Shown piece after piece: positions 25,310 to 39,060 of a stretch of 64,000 nucleotides of DNA. Source of the DNA: Squalus acanthias (Eukaryota). Where the stretch lies: positions 38,504,001-38,568,000 of the forward strand of contig CM059432.1 in NCBI GenBank assembly GCA_030390025.1, written 5' to 3'. Below the pieces are notes generated by a model, which did no database searches, was not told the DNA's origin, and was given only the letters and a program-made list of their open reading frames with translations. Within the stretch, counting starts at the first letter, position 1; the number at the start of each line of letters is the position of its first letter. Position numbers and translations under genes: made by a program.

Positions 25310-25710
25310 ATTCAAGGTTTAAGAAAATATAGTTAAGAGGCAAGAGGAGATTTAATAGAGTTTTTTTTTAATTATGAAAAGTTTTGATAGGGTGAGATAG
25401 AAAAGATTATTTCCTCTGGATGGGGAGTCAGTGACGATAAGCCATTAATTTAAAATTGTCATGGAGTGTGAGAGAGAGATTAGGAGAAATTTCTTTGCAC
25501 AGAGAATTGTTGGAGCATGGAGTGCTTTGCTACGGGGAATAATTGCGTCAGAGACCATCACAGCTTTTAAATGAAAAATGGTTAAATATTTGTTGAGGAA
25601 CTTTAGGGCTATTGGGAGACACAAAGCAGTGGGACTAGTTTTAGGTTGTTCTAGCAAAAAGCCGGCATGGACACAATGGACTGAATGGCCCCTTCTGTGC
25701 TGTAAACTTA
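25310..25710 (+). mobile_element. Degraded CR1 3' fragment
   Basis: AGAGGAGATTTAATAGAG..AGGAGAAATTTCTTTGCACAGAGA..GAATGGCCCCTTCTGTGCTGTAA. Confidence 0.65.
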
Positions 25711-27369
25711 CACTGTTTTGTGTTTTAATTGGGTGTAATACTAAAATCAGAAGTCTTAGTTAGGTGAAAGGTTTCTGTTACTCTAGGAGATACATGTGAA
25801 CAACCCTAATGGAAAAGTGCCTAAGCTTTTTTCAGCAACTCCAGACAACCTGGCCAAGATCCAGAACTCAGCCCTTGGGGGGAGTTTAGGATTCACGACT
25901 GAGAACCCAGGATAGAACCTGCAATCTAGGTATTTTAAACAGGTTAACGCCTGTGTGACAATAGCATACACAGGAATGTGATACAAGCACTTTAAGCATC
26001 TAGTTAGGAAGTTCACTGATCAGAAGTTATACCCTCCTAAGTCCTGCTTGTACTCAGCGCTGTGAACTGATCCACAATCCAAAGGCATAGGGAGGTGTAC
26101 ATGATGTGTGCAATTGCATACAAATATGCTACAGTGTCAACTTGGCAATGGCAGAGAGGGATTTGTTTTCCCAAGAACACATAGCCATGGGGTGGGAGAG
26201 GCAATGGTTGTAAGGGAGAGTGTAAAAAACTTCAAACTGTTAGCTGCACCTCTTCATCAACCTGCTGAACCACCAGGCCATCTGGGTACTGAATATTTAA
26301 AGTAACAATCTGGGAAGGACTTAGTTTTGAAAAAATAAGTAAGTCTACACCTTTATGATGCTATAAATAGTTCATAAATTTGGATAATAAGCATCAAGCA
26401 TTCGTGTCTAGTATTTATGACCCACCCTTCAAAAAACAAAAAGCTGAATAATTAAGTGCTCCTGGTGACAGATTGCAAAGTAACACACTGGTTCATGGAA
26501 CTTGCTTCCAATTATCTCTGCAACAGTGTCAAATGAATCAGCATCTGGATATGTCTAGGCCTCCATTTTGAGATTGATGACCACTTTGGTGCCTCAGATA
26601 GCCATACACCTCATCATCTCTGCATCTTCACTTATTATGCATTCTGTAGGGATTTTCCACTCTGTGTGATAATATAAAAAATACATAAAGAAGATTAGAG
26701 GAAGGAAAACATGCGGCAGTATCTATTAATTCATTATTGAGCATGTTGTGTTATTATATCATTCGATATAACTTCGTCAGGATGACTGGCTGTAACACAG
26801 CCATACTATCAAATTAGCCCCTCCATCGTTTTCAATTAAAAATATTATAATATTGACATTAATCTCTTTGCTCCTATGGATTTTTTAAACTTAAAATATG
26901 CAAATTGAAAGCTCACATGACAAGTTTTTTTAAATATTTGTTGAGCACTAGCAATTCAAATTCTAACAAAGATTGTTTTGTTAAGCTTTAGTCTAAGATT
27001 TTGGGTGGAAAAAGTAGTTAAAACAAACTACAACAACAGAAATTAGAAAGCGCATTGATCCAAGATTTCATGATGGTTGGGCAGGGAACATGGAGCTAGT
27101 CAAAAGGACATCATCAAATGTCACATTAACTTATGCCATTTTGAAAACAAACTGAACTTGCAGCCCTGATTTCAAAGCTAAGTATGATGTCGTGTCACTC
27201 TATACACTCTGATGCCAAACACGTTCATTATCCAACTGAGTGCATCATTGTGGCTATATAATTGAAGTAGGCTCATTTAATTTTTTTAATTAAATACTAG
27301 TGTTTAAATACAAACACTCTGCATGCCATCTATTGTGGAGAAGATCACATTTTGTTTTTAAAATGTTCT

Positions 27370-27860
27370 CAATGCTGGCAAGGACACATTTATTGCCTAT
27401 CGCTATTTGCCCTGAGAAGGTGTTGGTAGGGCCTTCTTCTTGAACTACTGCAGACCTGATGCTCCCACAATGGTGTTAGATGGGAAATTCCAGGATTTTG
27501 ACCCAGCGATGATGAAGGGACTGCAATATATGTCCAAGTCAGGATAACGTGTGACTCGGAGGGGAACTTGCAGGTGCTGGTGTTCCTATGATATTGTTGC
27601 TCTTGGCCTTCTTGGCGGTAGAGGTCACGGGCTGAAAGGTACTGTTGAAGTAACCTTAGTGAGTTGCTACAGCGCATCCTGTATATCTTTTACATATTGC
27701 AGCCATGGCCCGCCATTGTTGAAGGGGCTGGAAATTGTACCCAGTGGCGGGGCATTGACCAAGCGAACTGCTTTGTGTTGGATGTTGTCGAGCTGTTCCA
27801 GTGTTATTGCAGTTGCACTTATCCAGGCGAGTGGCGAGTATACCAACACACACCTGATTG
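27370..27860 (-). mobile_element. LINE family B 3' fragment
   Basis: YSPLAWISA..LDNIQHKA (27667..27870) and a 3'UTR homologous to 3150-3560. Confidence 0.75.
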
Positions 27861-29364
27861 CATTAAACATGTCATACAGTGTTAAATTAGGCTGAAAAAC
27901 TCTGTGAAATGATCAAATATCCATCTGTGTCCATCTTCCACTTATTCCTAATACTGGGAATCTTCTGCCTGACTCATTAGGACATTATAAAATGTCACAG
28001 TCATTTACAGCACTGGCAATTCCAACAGAGTCAGAGGGCAGAGATTATTCTAACCTCTCTCCTTTGAGCACAGAATAATGCACCTGCAGATGTCAGAAGT
28101 CAGTTCTGTTCGGGCTAAATTTCACCAATTGCCGCTAAAAGACATCAGTACATCCCCACAGAAAATATCATATCCTATAAAACTTTACCAACAAAACAGA
28201 TTCTCCACAGAGTCTCATCAGGGTGTGTCAATGATGAGTGGTGGGAATATGCATGCTGTACTTGGGGATGATGCAAAATGATCTTACCACTACGTCTATC
28301 CTATTGGCGCAGTTCATAATTTGGTTTTGCTGAAGACTTGGAAAAGACCTCCCAAATAAGTCTGTAAATAGAAAGACGATCAGCAGCCTTTACTTGGACC
28401 AATAGGGCCAATTTTCTTGGCCTTTGCACTCCGGGAAATTGAGTGCCTCCATCCCTTTAACATTGCCCCAGGATTTCCCAGGCTTTCTGAGGGGCTGAAA
28501 TAAGTGCAGGCCAGACAAAGCCAATTAAATGAGGTGGGAGGGGTGTTCCCATACTTGCTGAGTGCCCCTATGCAAGGGCGCCCAGAACAGATGGTGCTGT
28601 CTCCTGCCTCAACAGCCCCAATGAGGGTCCATGGGGATCCCAGGGAGCAGGCTGAAGTAGTACAGGTAGTGCATTTCTTAAATTTCTTGCCCATTCCCAC
28701 CGCCCCCCACCCCCTCCGCCCCTCACCAGAAGTTGAATTTCAATCAGAACCTTCTGGCTGCTGATTTACATCCAATCACCAAGGGCAGAGAAGCAGGCCA
28801 AAGAAGCCTGAATTCCAGTCCCTATCTCTGGTGCCCCAGCCATTAAAATAACCGTTGGCTTTATCCTCAAGTGCTTGTCTGAAAAATAGACTTTTGTGTT
28901 TGACTTCTTTTAGAAGAAATACAACACACATATTGTAAATAATATGTTTGAATTAAAAATCCACACTGCAGTATCATAGAATCATAAAATCATACAGCAC
29001 AGAAGGAGGCCATTCTGCCCATTGTGTCTGTGCCACTCTTTGAAAGAGCGATCCAATTAGTACCACTCCCCTGCTCTTTCCCCATATCACTGTGAATATA
29101 TCCAATTTCCTTTAGAAAGTTACTATTGAAACTGCTTCCACCATTCTTTCAGGTAGTGCATTAGCTTTCAATCTGAACTATTTTCCAAGGCTAGGTGTAG
29201 AAAACAACTTTTGCTGCTTAATGTTGCATCTCAGCACCTCCCACTATTCAGGGCAGTAAAGTCAAAAAATTACTCCACTGAATCTAATAATGGGAGCAAA
29301 CTGAATTAGCATGCACAGGTGATGCTGACTCATCTCTGGGCTTATGACTTCATTACTACAGGTA

Positions 29365-30630
29365 TCAACCTTGGCTCAGTTGGTAGCACTTTGAGTCAGA
29401 AGGTCATGGGTTCAAGGCCCAGTCCAGAGACTTAACCTAGGCTGACACTTTAGCGCAGTGTTGAGGGGGCGTGTACTGTTGGAGGTGCTGTGTTTCGGAT
29501 CAGATGTTACATAAAAACATAAGAAATAGGAGCAGGAGTAGGCCATACGGCCCCTCGAGCCTGCTCCGCCATTCAATAAGATCATGGCTGATCATCGACC
29601 TCAACTCCACTTTCCCGCCCGATCTCCAAATCCCTTGATTCTCCTAGAGTCCAAAAATCTATCTATCTCAGCCTTGAATATACTCAAAGACTCAGCATTC
29701 ACAGCCCTCTGAAGCAGAGAATTCCAAAGATTCACAACCCTCTGAGTGAAGAAATTCTCCTCATCTCGGTCTTAAATGGCCTACCCCTTATCCTGAGACT
29801 ATGCCCCCTAGTTCTAGACACTCCAGCCAGGGGAACAACCTCTCAGCATCTACCCTGTCAATCCCCTATAGAATCTTGTATGTTTCAATGAGATCACCTC
29901 TCATTCTTCTAAACTCCAGAGAGTATAGGCCCATTCTACACAATCTCTCATCATAGGACATCCCCCCCATCCCAGGAATCAATCTAGTGAAACTTTGTTG
30001 CTCTGCCTCCAAGGCAAGTATATCCTTCCTGAGATAAGGAGACCAAAACTGTGTACAGTACTCCAGGTGTGGTCTCACCTAGGCCCTGTACAATTGTAGC
30101 AAGACTTCCTTACTCTTGTACTCCAACCCCCTTACAATAAAGGCCAACATGCCATTTGCCTTCCTTATTGCTTGCTGTACCTGCATGCTAGCTTTCTGTG
30201 TTTCCTGCACGAGGACACCCAAATCTCTCTGAACACCAACATTTGAAAGTTTCTCACCATTTAAAAAATATTCTGTTTTTCTATTCTTCCTACCAAAGTG
30301 AATAACCTCACATTTCCCTGCACGTTGAAACGATGCCCCGTCTGCCCTCTTAGGCAAATATAAAAGATCTCATAGCATTATTTGAAGAAGAGCAGGGGAG
30401 TCTTGTGGCATCTTTGCCAACATTTATCCTTCCACCAACACCACTGGAATGTAATTATCCGATCATTTATCTCATTGCCATTTAGGGGAGTTGCTGTGCA
30501 CAATTGGCTGCCGCATTTCCCTACATTACGACAGGAACCACACTTTTAAAAAGTACTTTGTACTGTGAAGTGCTTTGGGACATCCTGTTTTTGTAAAAGC
30601 CGCTGTATAAATGCATGTTCTTCCTTTCTA
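29365..30630 (+). mobile_element. DeuSINE-like SINE split by a CR1 insertion
   Basis: Head 29365-29509 (TGGCTCAGTTGG..GGTTCAAGGCCC); body resumes at ~30323 (CCCCGTCTGCCCTCT..GAAGAAGAGCAGGGG) and runs to the tail at ~30610-30630. Confidence 0.75.
29510..30322 (-). mobile_element. CR1 LINE 3' part
   Basis: ORFs 30079..30357 and 29866..30078 (KCEVIHFG, RPHLEYCTQFW); 3'UTR hairpin and tail at ~29510-29570. Confidence 0.9.
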
Positions 30631-31481
30631 CCTCTATTAATGTCACTTAGCTTTCTGACAGTCATGGTTATTAATTCCTTTCAGTCTGTACTGTTGATGA
30701 CATCATTGGTAATCATTCTGTAAACAAACAAAAAAAATCAAAAATTGACAGAAGCAAATGAAACAGAATAAAATAACTCAAACAAGAATTCCTTTCTAAA
30801 TCCTAAAAGAGGTCCTGATAAATATAAAGTACCTTTTTGAGATGAATACTTGAAAATTTGGGCTTCATAGGTTAAGTATAACTGAGCATAAACTCCTCAC
30901 TGGAAGCATCTGACTGTTACTGCAGTATGGGGAGAGTGTTTACTTTGATTATATAGGAAAGCAGGCAGAATAATATGGCTACATTCGGAGCACAGCCAGC
31001 CTGTTTTAACAGAGAATTGCACAAGACAAGTGTTTGATAAATACATTTGTCAATCCTACCAATTGATTATACTAGTTCTTTATAGAAAGTGGCCTTGACG
31101 CCACCTTTCACTCTTTTTATTTCATTTTTAAACTATGATGACCTCTGTTTAAAGAGAAGCTTTACTTGGGACCACAGAATAGATTAATGATCAACAACTG
31201 AGAACAGATAGATTGGCCCTGATATTATCTCAGAGACGCATTCGGAGCGGGGTGGTTGGATATCACGTGGAAACCAGGAAATAAGTTCAGCGCGTCTGTC
31301 TGGCATTTTAACGCAGTCAGCTCATTATCATTTTACTTCCAGGTTTGGCGTCGATTACGCGGCAGCAAGCGTGATGAAGAGCTGCCTGACATGATCCCAA
31401 CTCCAGTATTTAAAGGGCCAATCCAAAGATGGAATTTGAAGGAGTTTGGAGTTGGAAGCAAGAGAAGACAAGGTTTTAACA

Positions 31482-33420
31482 ATGGATTCAGAACACTCAA
31501 AGACTGCGCCCCACTTTAATGACGCCTCCCTTGATGTGCTGCTGGGTGGAGTGAGGAGCCGGAGAGAGATACCCTTCCCCAGCAATGGGAGGAGGAAACC
31601 TGATGCTGCCACAAAGAAGGCGTGGCTCGAGGTGGCCCAGGAGGTCAGCGGCAGGAGCATTGTACCACGCTCCTCGATTCAGTGCACGATGTGCTTTAAT
31701 GACCTAATCAGGTCACAAAAGGTGAGTACAGATGCACATTCACCTGCATCCTGCTGTGCGCATCACCCAACCCCCTCAATCAACCTGGTCAAGCCTATTC
31801 CATCATATCACTCCTCACACCCACTTACCTTGCAAGCGCACACATCCTTCTCTTTCTATGCACTTCCTCATATCCCATCTATCCATCCACCACTGCCACT
31901 AACCCTCATGCTTATGCAATTTCATGCCTCTCCCTGATAGTCAACCTCAGAAATGCACTGCATCCATCGGGTGAACACATGCCATTACAGTCACTCATAG
32001 GTCTTTTCTTTCCTCCATTGCAGGAGAAGAGCGCCCAGAACACTAGGGACAAGGAGAGAACCGGAGGTGGTCCTCCACAGATTTCCCAGCTAACAACTAC
32101 GGAGGAGGAAGCGCTGGAGATCAGTGTGTTTCGGCATCCCTGGCCATCGGAGATGGGGACCTCCCAGCTACCCGGTGACATAATTAAATAGTAGCGACAC
32201 ACGTCATAAGAAATAGGAGCAGGAGTAGGCCATTCGACCCTTCGAGCCTGCTCCACCATTCAATAAGATCATGGCTGATCTTCTACCTCAACTCCACCTT
32301 CCCGCACTATCCCCATATCCCTTGATTCTCTTAGAGTCCAAAAATCTATCGATCTCTGTCTTGAATATACTCAAAGACTGAGCATCCACAGCTCTCTGTC
32401 ATGTTGGCTTGATTTCAACCGTGAGTGAAATATGATCATCTTCATAATGATAAGTTGCAATATACTTACCTTACCAGTACTAATTCATATCTTTCTCTCC
32501 GCCAGGGCCTCCACGCTTGCAGTAGCAGTCGGTGGGCCTCGTGGACGACGAATCCTTGGAGGAGCTAATCTTTCTGAGGGTGCACCATCACGGACTCATG
32601 CTTACCATGTACAAGCGCAGATACTCACAATCAGTGGGAACAGGTAGTCAGATAGTTGGGTTTTCACCTGGTGACTCACATTTCACAAGTGAGCAAGAGC
32701 TAACAGTGGTGGCAGGGACAGCTCAGCTGGACATAGATGCTGTACCCCGGGGGCTGTCAATGAAAAGGAGAATCATTGAGGAGCAGCAGAGAATGTGTGA
32801 TGTACTGACAGGTCTTCCAAGGACACTGACCATGATTGCAGAGAGATTGGAGGAGTCCGCCTCAAGCAGAGTGGGATGATGTTTCAGGGCATTGCGACAA
32901 TGTCTTCTTGCATGGCTAGAGTGACCAACTCCGTGGAACATCAAACACGGCAATCAAATGAGTCTATGCAGTCCTTGACCATGGCCGTGCACACTCTGGA
33001 TGCCAACATGTCTGGTACTTCAATAGGATGACAGAAACCTTAGCCTTGACCTTACAGCGGTGCACTGATCTGCACCAAAGTGCTCTCCAGCAGAGTGATA
33101 GCAGTGAAGTGCGGCTGGCCCATGAGCGGGATGATGGTAAAAGGGGACATGGAAGTGGGGACTCCATTCAAAGCACTCCCGCTTCTCAGTCAGTACCCGA
33201 CAAGCTGCCTTGTGTCCTGATGGCCGAGTCTGCCCCTGCACAGGTGCAGGTGGAGCAGTCTTTGACAGGGTGCTCACGGGCTCCAAAGCTCAGAGATCAT
33301 CAGCCATCAGCCATCAGCAATCAGAGCAGGGATCTGAACACTTGCCTCTTTCTCTGCTGAAGCCACAGGGGTTGCACCACGTAGGAGCGGTCGGAAAAGG
33401 AAGAGTAAAGCTTTGTAGTT
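31482..33420 (+). pseudogene. Harbinger Myb/SANT-like DNA-binding protein gene (3 exons), degenerate
   Basis: Exon 1 31482-31721 (TAPHFNDASLDVLLGGV..KKAWLEVAQEV..QCTMCFNDL) then GTGAGT. Exon 2 32024-32174 (EKSAQNTRDKERTGGGPP). Exon 3 starts at 32506 and contains stops and frameshifts. Confidence 0.8.
32205..32400 (-). mobile_element. CR1 3'-end fragment in Myb intron 2
   Basis: CATAAGAAATAGGAGCAGGAGTAGGCCATTCG..CCTGCTCC 3'UTR. Confidence 0.85.
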
Positions 33421-33742
33421 GCACAAGGATATGCACATGGGTGTATGAGAAAATGTTATGTTGTGAACTTTCCGTTCTTTAGTAGAATCACGTGAATTTT
33501 ATTCGTTTGCACCACTTTCCTGTCTTGCCCATTCTTGGTTTCTGGGTTTGAATGCAGCTTTTAACTTGCTTGATGATGAATGGGAAGACATGAATTGACA
33601 AATACCAAGAGGGAGATGTGTAAGGGATGGCTGGTTATTTGCAGGACTGCTTTCTGTCAGTGGTTTTGTTGTGGGGAGCGGGGGAGGGAGGCAGGAAGAG
33701 TGGCTGTTGCAAGTGGTTCCGACATCAGTCCACTGGTGCAAC

Positions 33743-34837
33743 CTAAGTGAACCTTGCATTAATTAGCGCATCCCTGGCATCCCAGGCAGCAATGTGAGCA
33801 GCTGGTGCTGCATTGCCCTCATCACCTCCTTTCTCCTAGTCTTCCTCCTCCTCCTCCTCCTCGGAATCGTCTGCAGACAATCTGCGCTCTGCACTTTGTT
33901 CCTCCTGCAGGTCCAAACCTCGCTGCTGCGCAATGTTGTGCAGAGCCCAGCACACTACAAACATTCTGGAGACCCTGGCTGGTGTGTACTGAAGGGCGCC
34001 TCCAGATCTGTCTGGGCAGCTGAAGCGCATCTTCAGCATGCTGATGGCTTGTTCGATCAAACATCTGGTGGTCATATGGCATTCATTGTTGGGCTTTATT
34101 GGTCGAGTTTCTGACGGTGTCATCAGCCAAGTTTGAAGTCGGTATCCCTTCTCTCCCAGCAGTCACCCCTTATGTGTGCTTGCAGGTCCAAAGAGGTCGG
34201 GGAGCTTGGACTGCTGCAGGATGATAGCATCATGGCTGCTCCCCGGGAATCTTGTGCACACCTGCAGAAATATCTTTTTGTGGTTGCACACCACCTGCAT
34301 ATTGATGGAGTGGAAGCCCTTGTAGTTCACAAATACTCTTGGTTGGTCTGGGAGTGTGCGGATTGCCACGTGTGTGCAGTCGAACACAGGTGAAGTTCAC
34401 ATAGCTGCCGGCCCTGGCATCCACCCATCAGTGACTGGTCTTATGCATTTGTGGGCCGCCGACTGGGAGATCCTGCATATATCTGCGGCAGAGCCCTGGA
34501 AGGATCAGGAGACAAAAAAGTTGAGGGCAGTGCTGACTTAGACAGCCACTGGTATTGCTTGGTCACCAGGTCCAGCAGGGAGCATGATTTCTTCTAGGAG
34601 GCTGCAGATGTCTGCCACCACCTGATGCGACAACCTGAGCCTCCTGAAGCACATGTTAAAGAAACTCAGCCTCTGCTTATACACCCTGGGTCGCGGGTAG
34701 TGCCTCCTGTGAGCTGCATCCCTCTGCTGCTCCCCTCTATACTGTCTAGTTGCAGGTTTCCCAACAGCAGGCTGCTGCTGGTCGTCACTTTGTTCCTCCT
34801 CAGAGGTCCAATCTAAGGCAGCCAAGGTGCCACCCAT
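33743..34837 (-). pseudogene. Harbinger (HARBI1/DDE_Tnp_4-like) transposase, disrupted
   Basis: Pieces YPRPRVYKQR..FRRLRLS, DCTHVAIR..NYKGFHSINMQVVC..FPGSSHDA, LLGEKGY, TRCLIEQAISMLKMRF..ALHNIA; several stops and frameshifts, with GDKGY changed to GEKGY. Confidence 0.9.
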
Positions 34838-35309
34838 CCTGATATGATTCAGAAAACCTCCAAAGTGTAGAAAGTACCTCTCAGCAAAAGTACTGTGAAT
34901 AAACCCTTTCCCACTAGTAGGTAAGAAAGCAGCTGCGACTACTCAGTATTTATTGCAGTATTTCCATGAGTTTTAATCAGCCCCCTCAATAGCTGTTGTG
35001 CTCTCCCCTTGCTTTCAATGGCGAGTTTCAGGAAACCCATAGCTGCAACGTTAAACTTAAAACTGTGTTGAAATATTGCTCCAATTGAGCGATTACCATA
35101 TGTTAATAGGCAATCCACTTCTCCCGAGGGGGTTGCGCGCAAGCAACCTAATGCGCTCGACTTAACCGTGGAATTCGACGGATTGGAGCCGGCTTCCTGA
35201 CACACTCACCATTTTGCCAGATTTAACCGCCCCCCCCACCTCACCCGCACTCAAACCCACGCGTTCCTCCAGGTTACAACTCCCCCCATTGTTCCAGATA
35301 TATAGATAT

Positions 35310-35560
35310 AAACAACAACAACTACAATTTGTATTTATAGAGCGCCTTTAGCATAGTAAAACATCCCAAGGCGCTTCACAGGAGCGTTTTCAAACAAAAT
35401 TTGACACTGAGTCACATAAGGAGATATTAGGACAGGTGACCAAAAGCTTGGTCACAAAGGTAGGTTTTAAGGAGCGTCTTAAAGGAGGAGAGAGATTCGG
35501 AGAGGTTTAGGGAGAGAATTTCAGAGTTTAGGGCCGAGGCAGTTGAAGGCACGACTGCCA
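35310..35560 (-). mobile_element. L2 3'-end fragment
   Basis: L2 tail and GGTGACCAAAAGCTTGGTC..GTAGGTTTTAAGGAGCGTCTT motif. Confidence 0.8.
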
Positions 35561-37179
35561 ATAAACATTAAAAAGTGCAATGCAGATAGCTGGACGAGGT
35601 GCTGAGCAGAAGTGCTGTAATGGAGCATAGTTTATAGTGCTGCTCAATGGCTGCGATGATGGACATATGTACTAAAGCTTGCAGAAAACAGGAAATAAGC
35701 AGAAGCTGAGTTTTTGTTTTCTTTTTCTACACAGCTGCATTTTCCATGCCCCAAAATTGGTTTTAAAAAAGGTAAAAATCTGCAATTGCTTGTTAAAGCC
35801 TTATTAATGAGTTTTCAGAGAAGAATATGGCAATTTTCCACTCGAGAAAATTAAAATCACCGGGTAGGAATTAGCTCACTTACTCAGCTGGAGTTAGTTC
35901 AACAATAGAGAAAGAAAGACTTGCATTTATATAGCGCCTTTCACAACCATAGGTTGTCCCAAAGCGCTTTACAGCCAATGAAGTACTTTTGAAGTGTAGT
36001 CACTGTTGTCATGTAATGAGAAACAAAACTCTTTGGCAGAGTACCTGTTCAATCTGGGTTTTCCTGCAATTGTTACACTGACTTGCTCAAAGTTGCCATT
36101 GGTGGGACAACAACAACAACAACAACTTGGATTTATATAGCGCCTTTAATGTAGTATAAACTCAGAAGCGCAGTCTTACCCCCACCCACCCCTGCCCAAC
36201 CCCAACAAAGATTAAGCCGCCATCCCACCAACTACGATCAGGCTTTTAATGGCCTACTGTGTTATGCTCGTCATCACGTTAAGCAGCTGAGCTTTGGGGC
36301 AGTTTAAACGGATGAATACCCTGTAAATAAAAAGCAGCAGTGCCCAGCTCAGCCATAAAGTTCATTGTTCCTTATGGGAGATCAAAAATGTCAAGGTTTG
36401 GAGGTTTAAATAACAGCTAATGCTCATGATCTTTTTCAAAACATGAGGTGTTATTTCATCTTTCTGACTTCAAAATTCAGAAGTTGATTACACATCTAAG
36501 CGTAACTAGTTTGATTCCAATGCCATGGACCTATAAATCAGTTTTTTGAAATCTATAAAATGGTCTTGTAAATGAATCAGGATATACAAATCTGTTTCTC
36601 AGCATAATTTCCTGTTTTCCGGAGCTGAATGAATATGCCTGACTGTTACTTGGCCAGTTAAAAGCCTATTTAGTCACCTGAGAGTCATGAAATGAGCATT
36701 ATTGCAGGCAACATCTGACTGGTGAGGTTTCTTCTGGTAAGGCTAATAAAATCTTATCGACCAAACTAACCTGATGGAAGACTGAAGTAAATAGCACTTC
36801 TAAGTGCTAATGTTAAATCAAACAAAAAATAGTAAGATTAAAACCATTTCTAACAACAACAACATTTCTAACAGCTGAATCCACCCCTTTATACCCTGTG
36901 CACACAGGATGCAGACGATAAGACATTAGGCAAGAAAGATTTCGCAGTCACAAGAAATAGGCAAATGCTAATCCATTTTACCAGTGATATGGTGAACCCT
37001 TTCAACATTAATCTAAATTTCTAATACCTGGAGTAATAAAAAATATCTAATATTTTGTCTTCACCAAATAAAATTTTCACCAATGGATTAATTATTTTTG
37101 ACAGCTCACAGAAAAACCGTCTCCATCAAAATGACAGCAGGCGATCAGAAACACCCCGACAGAAATTCTACCCCAACAC

Positions 37180-37905
37180 CTACCTATCTCTGGACTCCTC
37201 CAATTCTGGCCTCTTGCGCCTCACCAATTTTAATCGCTCCACCATTGGTGGCTGTGCCTTCAGCTGCCAAGGCCCTAAGCTCTGGAATTCCCTCCCTAAA
37301 TCTCTCCGCCTCTCTAATTCTCTCTTCCCCTTTACGACACTCCTTAAAACCTACCTCTTTGACCAAGCTTTTGGTCCAAACCCTGTTCCAGAGGGTCTTT
37401 GCATGGGGAGGCAGGGGGTGGGTTTCAGATCCAAGAGTTTACCGCACTCCTGCGCCACCTGACCCACAAGCAGTGCTATAAAGGCACTTGCCTTCTCCCC
37501 GAACCTGTCCTCTCCTCCCTTCAGCTGTCGGGTTTCCCGAGGCCTGGGAAACCCGGCCGGCCAGGGTTAAACCTGCAAAGCAGATTAAATCTGAAGTTGC
37601 CAGCCTCATTAAAATATTTAAATGGCCAACCGGCCTCCTGGGAGTGGTTTGACTGCCCGCCCCTTATTCCGCCTCCGCTAAACCTGGACTTTGGCTGGTT
37701 GGAGGCGAGCTGTGGTCAGGTTTGAGATTTTTAAAGTTTTAACATCTCACCTGACCCCAACCCACCCGATTTTGGGGGGGTTAAAATTCCCCCCAATATC
37801 TCCCCATCTGGCTCAGTGTCAAATTTTCTTTCATAATGCTTCTGTGCAGTTCCTTGGGATGTTTTACTACGTTAAAGGCGCTATATAAATGTATGTTGTT
37901 GTAGT
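37180..37905 (+). mobile_element. L2 3' end interrupted by a MITE remnant (~37375-37795)
   Basis: AFSCQGPKLWNSLP..LKTYLF; tail GGCGCTATATAAATG..TTGTTGT at ~37877-37903; GGTTAAAATTCCCCC MITE end at ~37780-37794. Confidence 0.75.
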
Positions 37906-37931
37906 AAAGTAATGTTCTCTGGGAGACTGGT

Positions 37932-38095
37932 GGGGGGAAGTCATTTTAACCTTACTCGCCTGGCGTGAAACTGACAGGATTAGGTTGGGCACCCGTTTTA
38001 CTTCAGTGTAAAGTAATATTGGGTGGTGTGTAAAACGGATGCCCGACCTGATCACGTCAGTTTCATGGTGAACAGGTAAAAGTTAAAATTAGCCC
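37932..38095. mobile_element. Short palindromic MITE (~160 bp)
   Basis: Inverted arms ATTTTAAC..TGAAACTGAC..CCGTTTTAC versus GTAAAACGG..GTCAGTTTCA..GTTAAAAT. Confidence 0.6.
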
Positions 38096-38274
38096 TCGAG
38101 CTGGTGTTTGAGAAAGGAGCAGAGTTCATTAGGAAAGTTGAGGATGTTAACGAATGGCTGGCAACATGGTGTAAAAGCAACAATGCTGCTTTCATAAATA
38201 ACTGGCAGAACTGGAATAATACTTTCAATTAAACCGTGGGAAAGAAAGAAAGAAAGATCTGAATTTATGTAGCA

Positions 38275-38770
38275 AATGGTACGGTAGCATAATGGTTAGG
38301 GTACTGGACTAGTAATCCAGAGGTCCTGGACTAATGATCCATGAGACACGAGGTCAAATCCCACCACAGCAGCTGGGGAATTTAACTTCAGTTCATTAAA
38401 TAAATCTGCAATAAAAAGCTAGTGTCAGTAATGGTGACCATGAAACTACCAGATTGTCGTAAAAAACCCATCTGGTTCACTTATGCCCCTTTAGGGAAGG
38501 AAATCTGCCGTCCTTCCTGGTCTGGCCTATATGTGACTCCAGACCCACAGCAATGTGGTTGATTCTTAACTGCCCTCTGAAATGGCCTAACAAGCCACTC
38601 AGTTGTACCAAACTGCTACAAAGAAGTATACTTCCCTCCCTAACAGCACTGTGGAAGGTACCTTCACCACATGGACTGCAGCGGTTCAAGAAGGCGGCTC
38701 ACCACCACCTTCTGATGGGCAATAAATGCTGGCCTTGCCAGCGACGCCCACATCCTGTAGAACGAATTTT
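38275..38770 (+). mobile_element. tRNA-derived SINE whose 3' end matches LINE family B
   Basis: tRNA-like head (GGTAGCATAATGG..GTCAAATCCCACC); ends GGGCAATAAATGCTGGCCTTGCCAGCGACGCCCACATCC. A degraded second copy lies at ~58465-58860. Confidence 0.75.
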
Positions 38771-38774
38771 AAAA

Positions 38775-39060
38775 AAGCACCTTTCACAACTTCAGGACGT
38801 TCCAAAGCGCTTTACAGCCAATGAAGTACTTTTGGAGTGTAGTCACTGTTGTAATGTAGGAAATGCGGCAGCCAATTTGAGCACAGTAAGTTCGCACAAA
38901 CAGCAATGTGATAATGACCAGATAATCTGTTTTAGTGATGCTGATTAAGGGATAAATATTGGCCAGGACATCGGGGAGAACTCCCCTGCTCTTGTTCGAA
39001 ATAGTGCCATAGGATCTTTTACGTCCACCTGAGAGAGCAGACGGAGCCTCGGTTTAACGT
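38775..39060 (-). mobile_element. DeuSINE-like SINE, 3' half
   Basis: Reverse complement of ~44560-44840. Confidence 0.75.

Larger units (their letters stand above)
31215..35287. mobile_element. Formerly autonomous PIF/Harbinger DNA transposon (convergent Myb + transposase genes), degenerate
   Basis: ATT on both flanks (31212-31214, 35288-35290), eroded G-rich/C-rich ends, Myb gene on + and HARBI1-like transposase on -. Confidence 0.85.

Noticed and set aside
33743..34837. Domesticated host HARBI1/NAIF1 genes
   Set aside because: Multiple stops and frameshifts, and enclosure within TSD-flanked transposon ends.
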